A program made the translations under genes and the position numbers. Source: Hydrolagus colliei (lineage: Eukaryota). From it: DNA of 64,000 nucleotides. Each line of letters opens with the position of its first letter. Within the stretch, counting starts at the first letter, position 1. The notes beneath the pieces are model-generated. The model was not told the origin of the DNA. It saw only the letters and a list, made by a program, of their open reading frames with translations, and made no database searches. Of the stretch, positions 11,801 through 24,540 are shown in pieces. Location of the stretch: contig CM068749.1 in the NCBI GenBank assembly GCA_035084275.1, positions 18,910,001-18,974,000 of the forward strand, given 5' to 3'.

Positions 11801-14800
11801 CTACAGAATTGTTAAGGGATACTAAATAGGTTGAGGACGGTTACCAAATACAGACTGTTTGTCAAATATACACTGGGACAGACATGAGGTTAGTCTGCTC
11901 AGTTCACTAAGTTTTAGGAATTTGTAAACGAACGCACCTTTTGTGGCGACTGGTGGCTTTTCAGGACCAAACCAGAAAGAGGTTTGCAGAGGAAAGTACC
12001 ACGGACTTGGAACTCCGTACTCACCTAAGATGTGGGAAAGATGGAATGAAATGAAGCAGTAACAAATGAAGCGCTTCACAGAATATACTGTACTGCATGG
12101 TGAATTGTAAGAGTATGTGTCAGACATGTTACCTGTAACAAATGATGCTCAAGAACAAGATGATATTAAGCAAAAATAATTGCTTTCAAAATATTGTAGA
12201 ATTATCAGACTTGAAAACTGTAAAAAGCACACCTTCGATCAACAGGAAATATCTGTTCATATTCAAACTATTGAGGAAATCTAATGAACAACATTTGCAC
12301 TTAGAAAAATCTGTAATGTTCTGCTATACAACGATTCATTCAAAAACAAAACCATTTGTTCTTTTGAACATCATAGTTTACTGAAAATCAACAGCCTGTA
12401 AACAGCAGACAAGTACCATTATAGCAGAAATAGTGGCAATTCAACAGTGCATTCCAGACTTATTCATGAAAGGAGAATTCCAAACAGACGGTGCCAAAGA
12501 TTTAACATTTATTTAAATTCTTCACTTGTTAAGAGTTTGTGAAGGAACTTGAATGAAAACAATAGTTATTTAGAAAGAAAGATATGAATATTGTAACAAG
12601 GCCAGGCCTTGCTAAATGCCAGATTATTAATGAGTGTAACCTTCCAACAAATTCATTGTCGTCTGAAATCTGCCTTTGACCAGTCTGTCTGCCTCACTCA
12701 CGTACATGTTCTATTTCCTCTGCATCCTGTCTCACATTGTAGTGTTTAGTTGCATATAGTTGAATCCCATGGGTGGAAAACTACTGGTTCACATGACCAA
12801 AGAGTTTATTAATAAGAGCTAAGCACAAATACCTTCAATACCTGCCTAGCTGCAGTCTGATAAGGCTTCTCTGAACGTTCAGTAAGAGGTCAGTGCAAGA
12901 CTCCTGGAGTTCTGCTTGACTGCCTTCAGGATTTTGCTGTTTTACTTAATTTTGTCCCAGCGTTTAATCTTTTTATAATCTTCCTTTGGAAAAGTCATTG
13001 CACTCATTTTTTTTACGAATGTGTTCGCTCATTCGCTCCAACAACAGTATTTTCTTCGTGTTCTATTTCCTACGTACGAATCTACCGTTTGCTGTAATAA
13101 TGATGTCGCGTTTGCCCATCATTGTGCATTGCTGTCTGTATGTGCTCTGTGTGCTTAATTATACACCAAACAGCTACTTCTCTGTGATCTGTCACTGGAG
13201 TGAGACACACTTGGAGTGAGATGGATGTCAGAATCAAAAATTTGTCAATTTCTTATACATTTTACTTCCCCTTTGTCACCATTTTTCTTCATTTCACTCT
13301 TTTCGAACTCTTGTGATCTCTCTCTCTTTCTCTACCTTTCTTGTTTAAATCCTTCCTGTCTCCTTTTTTTGTAATGCTGTACCCTCTTTGTCTCGCTCAT
13401 TCACATCTCTTGTGCCCTGTCTCTGCTTTGCTTGCTCTTAACTGCTTCTTCTGATCCCATTTGGCCTTCCTTTTGTTCCATAGTCACTATCTCCCCTTGC
13501 TCACCTCTCCTTCAAACATTAGAAAAGGTGTAAGAAAAGGTCAATCAGGCTATGCATCGCACCTCCCTTCACAATCGGAATAAGATTCCACACTGGCTGT
13601 TGCAACACCTTTCTAAATTCAAATCAATCTCGTAGTTAGGTGAAGAATTTGCCATGACTGAGAGAGGCGTGGAGAATAATTACTTTCGAAGCATTTTCAG
13701 TTTAAAATGCTGGGCTTGGGTTGACTTCAGGAAAACAACAACAACAAAATTACACTTGTACAGCGCCTTTCAAGTCAGGAGGGCGTCCCAAGGCGCTGTA
13801 CAGTCATTGTTTCAGACCCGAGCTGGGGGTGGGGTGGGGGAGGCAGAGGGAAGGGGGGCATTAGGAGTAGCTGATGGGACCATCGAAGAGGAGGGTCTTG
13901 AAGGCGGGACTTGAAGGAGGCCAGGGATGGGACGATTTTTAAAAAATAATAATATCTGTGTGTTTTTTTTCTTTTATTGGTTGTCAACATACCTGGAAAC
14001 ACTGCATCTAAATAACACGCAAGGATGCCATAGATAAAGGCATCAACCAGCAACATGATGATGGAGGACAGAAAGCTATAGCCATCTCCCTCGACAGGGC
14101 TGATTGCGATGTTACCCCACTGCAGGCCAAGGCCCTGTTCTTCATAACGAGACAGATACTCTGTGCCAAAGCCGAAAGCCACTGGGGATAACAAACTCTG
14201 CAACATTCAAGAAATATACATTAGTACAATAACAGGTACATCGGCTGTTTTTATTTTGCATCTGTATCCCAGCAAAAATAATCCTGTGTCACAGACCTGT
14301 TGTGCCATATGGTACAATACACCTATAAATAATAATCCTTACATTTGATATAGCACTTTTCACGTCTTCTGAACGTCTCAAAGCGCTTCACAGAATTTAC
14401 TGTAAAATGAATTGACTGTATATATATTTGTGGGTGAAATGTGGCAGCCAATTGCGCACAGCAGTGTCCCACAAACAGTCCTGGATTGAGTGACCAAATC
14501 ATTATAGTTTTTTTTGGAGGGATTATTATTAGGCATGTGGAGTAAGGAAACTTGCCCAAGATTTGGACCTGCCTGGATTCGAAACACAGGTCTCGCGTTT
14601 GTAAGGCAAGTGCTCTAACCACTGAGCTATAGGACTCCACATAAATTGTTATATTCTTACTCCTACGAGCAGAGCTAAGGTGTGTCCTCAACATCAGATT
14701 GAATTTCATGTACAGTAGCCACTTTTAATGACAAAAGTAACATGTGTTTCTACAACAATAGCACTGGAGGGTGTAACTCCGTCTTGTGTCACCTTTGTGT

Positions 14801-17800
14801 TAACTGTCTTACGCTCTTGTTAAACACTCCGAGCCGGTTGTGTATACGTTTCGAATGCTTTTATGCTCGGGTCAGGTTAAGCAAGCAAAGAACTACTCGA
14901 AAGGTTAAACCAGCGACCTTTCGTCAACTATTTTCAGCTTACCGCTAATAATTTCAGTTTTCGGGTCATACGGTCCTGCCAGGCAAAGCAAAGAATGTGT
15001 GGCAGATAGAGCGTAAAGTAAATGATTCCACTACACGCAGCTGCGAGATTGGCCTTGGAGAAGAATACACTTAGCAGGAAACATTGCATTATGGTGGCCA
15101 CTGTAAACACTAACAGGAACCCGAAGAGAATGACAGGGTTGCTGTAGTGCAGGACATTTCCCTTCTGTAAGGAAATTAAAAAAAAAACACATGTTAAACG
15201 TTTTTCGTGGGGGTTACAGAGTTTAACATACGATCAACACAAATCTCAAGAGACCTTTGGGAAAATTCAGGTCATAACGAGCAAACCCTCTGAGCTTTGG
15301 CTAAAGATACAGTCAGTTCCTTGCAATAATGCACATTTCATAGCTTTTTTTCCCACCCTGCAAATAAATTAATTCAAAACAATTGAGCAAATTGTTCAAA
15401 TCACTTAAAAGCTGGTGAAAAAAATCTCTTATATTAAAAGACATTAATGAATAATAATAATAATCCTTGCATTTGATATCGCGCTTTTCAAGTCTTCTAG
15501 ACGTCTCAAAGCGCTTCACAGAATATACTGTAAAGTGAATTGACTGTATATTTTGTGGGTCAAACGCGGCAGCCAAATACGCACACAGCAGTGTCCCGCA
15601 AACAGTTGTGCATTGAGATGACCAATATATTTCATTTGAGGGATTATTATCAGGCATGTGTAAAGACATTGCATGGAATTAAGGAAATTTGGCAGCCTTA
15701 TGAACTAGTATATTGTAAAGTATATTTGGGAGCTGAAATTTGGATCAACTATCTACATTATGTGGTTGAACTGGGATGGGGGCTGCCCATGGAAGCCATA
15801 AAGATATGAGGAGGTATTCAGTTCAATTCTCAACCTTTAAATCAATACAAAATTTTTCAGTAGCCCAGCGATCAGCTGCAAACTCAGGTCACCTGAAGCA
15901 AAAAATACAACACGAGAGCATGTTTCAAACTCATTGTGTTTTTGCCAGAATTTAAATCACTTTTGATACTACCTCTGCAGCTTCATCTAGGATGAGTTAA
16001 CTCTACTCACATCAACATCTTAATCTGAGACTTGGGTGATCTGTTTGACTCAGGACCACACAGCATGTTGTGCAATGAGTGTAGCCTAACTGTTTCTAAT
16101 TACAAGTTCCTGGGTCCTTTAATGCCATTTGAAAGGCATTCCCGATGCCATAATGAGCATTTCACAAGATCAAATGACGGTAAGGTTGCCTTGATCTTAC
16201 AACACTCAGAAAATAACATATAAAGCTTGCATTTGATTTAGTGCCTTATCGTGTCATCGAAGCATCTCAAAGTGCTTCACAGAGTTTTGGCCTTGAAGAG
16301 GAATAACTGTGTATTTGTACATGCAAAAATCACCTAGGTAAGACTTAAACACTTCCACAAATGAAATCCATCTACAAGTCAGATCTCCCACAGCATAATA
16401 GTTAATCCAGGATGGTTGGATGTCCCTGTCTGGTTGGTGCTGTCCATGTTGTGGAAGTACCATAGCATTATTTATAGCCACAGAATTTTTTTTTTAAAAT
16501 CGGACTCAAGAATGGAAATAAGAGAACGGACATTGAACATCTTGCGATGTAAGAATTCAGCCAATTGGCGCTAACACCATGCGCCAGCTGTAATCATAGC
16601 GCCAGGAAAATACCTCAAAGAGGATATGAGATGATCGCGCAAGGGAAATACTTGAAACGTATTAATAATAATAATAATAATTTCCTTGCATTTGATATAG
16701 CGCTTTTCACATCTTCTAGATGCTTCACAGAATATACTGTATTGACTCCATATTTATGGGCGAAACATGGCAGCCAATTGCACACAGCAGTGTCCCACAA
16801 ACAGTTGTGGATTGAAATGACCAATTTTTAAAAAATATTGTAGGTTTTTTTTTAGGGATTATTATTAGGCGTGTGGAGTAAGGAAACTTGCCCAAGGTTT
16901 CGTCCTGACCTGCCTGGATTTGAACACAGGTCTCAAGCTTGTAAGGCGAGTGCTCTAACCACTGAGCTGCAGGTCTCCAACATGTTATACTGGAAATCTT
17001 ACCATAATAACCACAGTCAACATCAGGGTGCTGATTGACATTACGATGAAGTTGTCGATGAACCATGTGGCCCAAAGCTCCGAGTTAGTGACTCCCATGG
17101 TTTTCATAGTCTCTTTCAGCCTCAACTCCTTCTCAAGCACAATGCTCTTCACAGTCATGGAGACAGAGTAGATCCAGGCCAGTACCATGAAAATGGGGAA
17201 GCAGCGGGTTAGGGTCAGCATAAAGCTGGGGTGGGAATCAGCAAGAACATAGGGAGGGGGTAAAAGGGGTTGGTGGGGGGGGCAAGTCGCAGGAGACAAC
17301 GCAGAAATGGGGGAAGAAAAGTATGTTCCAAATGTTAAGATGACAATGGAATGAAGAGCATTTAACAGGTAACCTAAAACTTCATGGATGATAATGAAGT
17401 TTAAGTCACCGTCTTAAATTCAGGGATTACCTAAGTAACACATATAAATTATTTGGATATGCGAAAGGTGATTGATACCATTCTGTCAATTAGTCTCCCA
17501 CACCCGTTTGTGAGTACCAGGGTGACCTTAAGAGTCAAGTTTTAAGCATGTTTTGGTGTACCAGATCCCGTATGGGTTTCCGTAAAACCTCTGATTAGTT
17601 ACAACGCAGTGTGAATTACTGTTTATGAAGCAAAAGATTGGAAATCAACCTATTTTGGGGGTTCAAAATAATTCAAAATAATATATATATTGTACTATAT
17701 TATTAATACGAACTGACTCACAACAACAACAACTTGCATTTATATAGTGCCCTCCCCACGGGTTAGTGTCTCAGACTTACAGATCATCAACAAAGCATGG

Positions 17801-20800
17801 ATACGGCATCTGCTGGACGTAGATTCCTGATGGCACGTCAACGTTGGTTTGAATCCTGATAATGCCGCGATCAATCATATCTTGCAGATACGCAAACCCT
17901 CCCCAGATGTAGCGCAAGTCCTCGAAGGGGTCAGCTCTTGGACCTGGGTCCCAATATCTGTAAGAGAAGCAGAACGAAGGGAACCTGTTGAAGATGCACA
18001 ATGCTAGTGTTTTAGGTCATGCATTTCTACCAACAAATATACGGTCAATTCATTTTATAGTGTATTCCCGTGAAGTGTTTCGAGACGTCTCGAAGACGTA
18101 ATAAGACGGCGATCTTAAATGCCAGGATTATTATTATGCGTACTGAGACACTTGTCTTCCCAGCACACTTCAATCGAAAAGTTGGGAGTTGATGGGTTTA
18201 TGCAGCATTTATGGATAGTTGGGATATAAACTTTGCAATCCTTTTGCTATCACAGAACAGACTGTGAGTGTCAATACGTTTTGGGGCTTCCTAATGGTGA
18301 TCCTATCCACAGACAGTATCCCAGGGAGCAATTATGCCAACTGTGTGAGCATTTTTGCTCAGTATCAGACCAGATAGTGCGCCTACAGAAAGAGTCACCA
18401 GCGAGCTCTGGTTCAAACCTTGTGCACTCCCCAAATTCCTGATTATTGGCTGAGGATGTGCAGCAGTATCACATTACGGTGTCTATTGACTAACAGTTTG
18501 AGTTCATCCGGGAAAGGGTGGATGAATTATTTTGTGTCCTAAAGAGCTGAGATTGTACTGTGTCAGTGCGATTTATGCCAGAGTATTTTGTGCTGTATTC
18601 ATTCCTGCGGGGACTTGGCAATGTAAACTGGGTAAAAAGTCACTTGGTTGGCGAGTGCAGGTCAGGGGTGAGGAAGTAACGCGTTCCATTACGAGAGAAC
18701 ATTAAATCGTTGAACGTTTCCTTCCATCAGAGTAACTTGTACTGCATATTAATCATGGGTCAGAATAGGACATGGGGACAAAAGCAACCACAAAACGAAG
18801 GTTACTAAGGGGAACAAATATCCTCTGCACAAAAGCTTAACGAGAGCACGAGCAGAATGTCTGTCTAACTTACTCGTATGTAAAAATTTGCGTTACAGTA
18901 TTGCCAGAAAGCGGTCAGCAGGGTGTACATAAAAGTTACAATTCCAGAAGAAAATGCGCTGACTTCGTGAACTATGTACTGTATCCACTTTGCATAGTCA
19001 TGATTAACATTTCTCAGCTCGTCAGATAGACTGTTTTGAAATCACGTAGAAGGATTGCTCAGGTCAAACTGACAAAGAAAATTCCAGTTTGGGACACTGG
19101 GGCCAAAAACTTGGCCTCTCCGACCAGAACGTATACTGTACATGCATCACTCCATCCCAATTCCAATTCAGCTACAGAGCCAGGTTTGCACATGCTATCG
19201 CTCCACCAACATAATTCAACATGCTGCAGCCTCACAAGAGGCTCAGTTTCTGCATGACCTTCACATCTAGTACTAAGGCTAGTGCATTGGGAGGAATAAT
19301 ACTTCTAATAATAATGATCCTTGCATTCGATATAGGGCTTTTCACGTCTTCTAAAGATCTCAAAGCCCTTCAATGAATTACTGTATATGTTATATTTGCA
19401 GGCGAAATGCGGCAGCAAATTACACACAGCGGTGTCCCACAAACAGTCGTGGATTGAAATGACCAATTTTTACTATTGTATATGTTTTTTTGGATGGATC
19501 ATTATTAGGCATATGGAGTAAGGAAACTTCCCCAAGGTTTCACCCCGATCTGCCTGGATTTGAACACAGGTCTCACGCTTTTAAGGAGAGTGCTCTAACC
19601 ACTGAGCTACAGGAGCTCCACAAAGGCCATGACTTTGTTAATACTTCCCACTTGTAAGACCAACCTGTCTTTTATTTTATTTGTTCGCTCAACAACGTCA
19701 ATATCCATTCGAATCTTATACTTCACATGTGCCGGTAGCTTGTTTGTCCAGGGATACATATCCACGAACACAATTCCAGCCCAAAACTTGTTTTCCTCCA
19801 GCAGATAAAGTGCCCGATGGGTTAACTGGTCCTCGTCTGCGAGACCTTCAAATTTATCCAGAGTGAAACACTGCCAAGTAATCAAAGGTTATGGCTTCAG
19901 AGGAGCAGATTAGTAAGTAGCAAAGTTAGAAAGTAACATTTTCATTTGTGTTGTCAGTATAACTCCTAAAAAAATTCTTGTGTTTCAAAGGAAATACGTA
20001 CTAGCTTTGCTTAAAATGTAAAGCAATGGTATAAACTTTATGGGATCCCTTGGATACCAATAATAGACAACAGACACTGGACGTAGGCATAAAGACACAC
20101 GTCGCCATTAGCTTGTAAAACTAGATTACTGCCAAGTAAACAATTGAAAAAAACAGCAAGGCAGAATAAAATCTCACTTAAAACCTCTTGGAATTGTTCG
20201 GGTTTAAACGTCACCCTTAACAAGGAGCGAAACTTTCTGCGCCATTTGGACCAGTCACCTATTTACTAGACTTTCAAATGAAAACTATCAAATGAACAGG
20301 TTCCTCCAGTGTCAGTTTCCAAACGTTTAACTGCAGAGAAACAAATGCATCACGGTGCCAAGATCTGTATGAAAGCACAGAATAACATGGATGCCATTTG
20401 GTTTACTTGCCAAACATTATAAATTGCGGGTTAGCTAACCACTTTAATCTTATCTTGTCAGTGAGCTATTAGGAGACAATAAACCTGAATCGCTTTACTT
20501 CAAAGACCTGCTAATGCTTTTATTCTCTCATGTCAAAATTGCTGCGATAGTGTCAAAATGCCTTAACTGTTGCTCTGCTTGTTATCTACTGATTGGGTGC
20601 TCAGTAGAACCAAAAGGTAGTTGCCAGGGAGAAAGCCTAGAACAGGATTGTTCCAAGGCCCAGAATTAGTTGTAAAATGTTGACAAATGTTAACCCAGGA
20701 CTAATGTTAAGGCCCATTATTAGTTTCTAGGGAGAGTCCATCTATATTCTTTTATAATTTGAGGCTGTAGCTCATAGCTATGGGGGGAATTGATAAATAT

Positions 20801-23800
20801 CATCAGTGGTAAATATCACATACTAAGTCACAATTTTCACCTTGTTATATTGTTAACAGATGCATTTCAACAAAATACTGTATCCCAAACTGCTTTCAAT
20901 TCAGAGTATGTTGAAAGTCTGACTATACTTCATCTCGTATTAACCAAAGCATAGTTATTTAATGCTAATCCTGTTGAGGTAAAAGGTATTGAATATTTAT
21001 GCGCATCTTAAATCCTATGCCAGTCCTTTAGTCGCACAACCTGTTTGGATTATGAGTAGGACCGAGAGGACTCTACAAAAACATAAAATAAACTCACGCT
21101 GGGAACATAACTCTGTTGTCATTGAAAGTTCTTACCTCCATGTAATTATTAAACAGAGTTACAATCTGGTCTGTCATATTAAACACATTTCGCCAGTCGA
21201 AATTTGGCTCTTCTTCTGGTTGTTTAGCTGAGGGACCATTGAACAAGAAGTTAATGATGTCGCTGGTGGTCAATGCCATATCCTCCAGCTGAAGGTTGAG
21301 GTAAAATGCCACAGTGGGGTTTTTTAATGTGTCCTGTAAGAAAGAATACAGAATGATTGCATTGAGAAATGCATTTGCCAAAAATAGTCTGTCACTCCAA
21401 CACCAACTGTCAATAAAACGCAAAGGACAGTACTGCAGATGCTGACAATCTGAAACAAAAACTAAAACTATTCTGACGAAGGGTCGTGGACCCAAAACGT
21501 TGACTCACTTTTCCTTGCTCCGTAGATGCTGCCTGACCTGCTGATTGTTCCCAGCGATTTCCGCCAACTGTCAATAATATTGGTCCATCCCATCAAACCC
21601 ATTTGATCCATCAGAAATATCACACAATATCATACCTGACCCATTCTTAACCCAGCAATTATACAGAAAATGTCATTAAAAAAATGTTGATGTGCAATGA
21701 ACAAAGACTAACAGGCAATCAAACAACTACAGAGATGAAACACTGAAGGAATGAATATAAATATCCAGACATTTTTGTCTATTTCAGCAACTTAATTATT
21801 TAATTTAACAAATAAGGGACAATGTCATAAGGGACTAAAATAAGGCACAACTGAATGTTGTCTACCTACCAACCTGCCCGTCCGCTCCGTTCAGCGGGCT
21901 TCAGTCTGATCCATATCTCCCGCCCGACCCGCCTTACCACCAGTGGTCTGGCTTTCAGCCTCTCTGCTCCCACACTTTGGAACTCTATTCCACAGTCCCT
22001 TCACCTCACTTCCCCTCTTGCCTCCTTCAAGGCCGGTCTCAAGATCCTCCTTTTCGATCGTGCCTTCTGCCACCTTCCCACCTCTCTGCCTCCCCTCCCC
22101 CGTGCTCGGGACCTGACCCCTGACTGCTCAGCGCCTTGGAACGTCCTCCTGACGTGAAAGGCGCTGTATAAATGTAATTTTGTTGTTGTTGTTATCTGTA
22201 ACTGCTGAACCAACACTGTTGTTCCTCTCTTGGTGTGGTCACTTACCCGAATCATGTTCATTTGTACACCATCTTGGAAGAACTTCCAGAGTTGAGGGCT
22301 GATTTCCTGCCAGATCTTTCCGATGTGCTTCAGTCTGTGTAGCTCCTCAAAGGTGCCATTTGCCTATGAAGAAAATCCTGTGAGCCAACATTGCTGTGAT
22401 GCCATGTTAACCAATTCATCACCAGGTATCTGGAACGAACGGGAGGATAAATCCTCCAACTGGATAACTGACTGGTACCTCCCTTTACTTTAGTCAAACA
22501 GCACAGAATTACACCTGTGTTTCATTGTGTCAATTAATTCTACTTGAAATTGATTCCACAAAATAAATCAAAACGGATCAAACAATGGTCAAAATGAGAA
22601 ACTCGTCTTTCGATATTTAGTGAAACTGGTGCCTGATTTTCCATGTGGTGCCTTTGTTTTGATTCTGGTTGTAAAGACACAGATTTGGGACTGACCCACT
22701 GCTGCATTTTTAAAATATGATACAGGGCAGTCAGTCAGTCAGTCCTGAATAACAACACTCTCATGAGATGCTGTAAGCATGTGGCAGGGTATGAAGCTTG
22801 CTCAGTGTGTTATCAATGACAGCACAGAGTCCATCACCACTGGCCAATTTCACGCTCCACAGACCCGCATCAGATACAATATGTTTTTAGGCACCGCATT
22901 CAACTCCATTGTGCCACAAATCATTGAAATGGTTGAATGAAAGCTTTTGCAAATAAAAGTACTGTGTGTCACTGTCATCAACACATTCTCGCTAATCTAT
23001 GCTTGGTATTTTTATCTGCAACTTTGACCAATTTTGATTTGTGATTTGCCTGGTTTGCTTATTGCTTTTTTTAAAAAGAAAAATGGCAGCTGAAGCAATG
23101 ATTAAAGAGTAAGACCTGATCCTTCAATTGTCTTCTTTGTCCTCAATTTCTTGGTGCAATGTAGGCTTCTGACTGTCTATTGGTACTGATACACTTGCTA
23201 CTTTATCTAAAGCTTGTTATGCAACCACAAAACATATTTTAAAATGTTGCTTTGACTGTCCTGTTGAAAGCAGTGCAATGAACTTTCTCACAACAAACGG
23301 TGTGGATTGCACAACTGTTGCTCCCGCGGATCCTTCAGAGAAACAAGTTATTTTTGTTCAGCAAGAAGCACACATGTGAGAACGTGACGTAGACGAGGTT
23401 GTGGGCGATCATTTCTAAAACTGCTATTCTTTCAAACACAGACAAAAGGAACCTGTTCTTACTTTCTTCATCAGTTGCTGCACTGCAGGGGAATCGGGGG
23501 CAAACAGAACCTTTCCCATTAGCAGGGGTTTCAACATGTTCCAGATAATCTTGGTTGCAGGATTGGACTCCATAGTTTGACTAATTGCATTGCAGAAAGG
23601 AGCTACAAGAAGTGATACAAAAACATTAGCATTCAGAGTCTAACACTGGGTTTCAATAAAGTTGACCTTTTCTGAACATCCAGTTGAAGATCTCAGCATT
23701 TTTTTTGGAGGGATTATTATTAAGCGTGTGGATAATACGCCTAATATTATTAAGAAACTTGCCCAGGGTTTTACCCTGACCTGCCTGGATTTGAACACAG

Positions 23801-24508
23801 GTCTCACGCTTGTAAGGCGAGTGCTCTAACCACTGAGCTACAGGAGCTCCACTATTTCAGGAGATCTATCTTAGAAATTAAAACGCTCCAAATTTTGGAC
23901 CTTGAAACTTCAACTGTGCACAAATTCCTATCGCTAATTACTAGCAGCAACTAGAGCGCAAGTAAATATTTGCTGGAAAAAGGAAACACACTTACTGGTT
24001 GTGTAATCATATGTATACTCTGACTGTTTCTTAGTGTCATTGATTCCCAGGAAAGCCTTGTAGTTGTTGTCTTCGTACCAGTTGAAAGAAAAGACTCTGG
24101 AACCCCCTCCTTCAGGGTAACCACAGATTAGATTTGATATTAAGTCTGTTAGTTGGCTGAATGTACTTGGGCCACCAACCCGAAAGAATGGGTAAAGCAC
24201 TGAGATCAGATCCTGAACACTCTCCGTATTGATAAACTGTAGATGAGAGTCATTCATAAATATTTTAATGACAAAATAATAATCCTCGCATTTCGTAACA
24301 GTGCCCGCATCATATCGAAACATCTCAAAGGGTTCTCTGTCAAGTTACTGACTGAATTTGCAGGTGAACACAACAGCCAGCTTGCAGGTGATATCCTACA
24401 AACAGCGATGAAGTGAATTACTGTTAAAAATACATGCATATACAGTATATATAGATATGAAAATGTTTGCCATATATTCTAATGTTAATTCAGAACTCGG
24501 CAATGAAG

Positions 24509-24540
<32 letters not shown>

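Noticed and set aside
14323-14709. Recurring short ORFs with [10 protein letters not shown] / [10 protein letters not shown] as a multicopy peptide family
   Set aside because: Translations of SINE copies; frames break inconsistently between copies.
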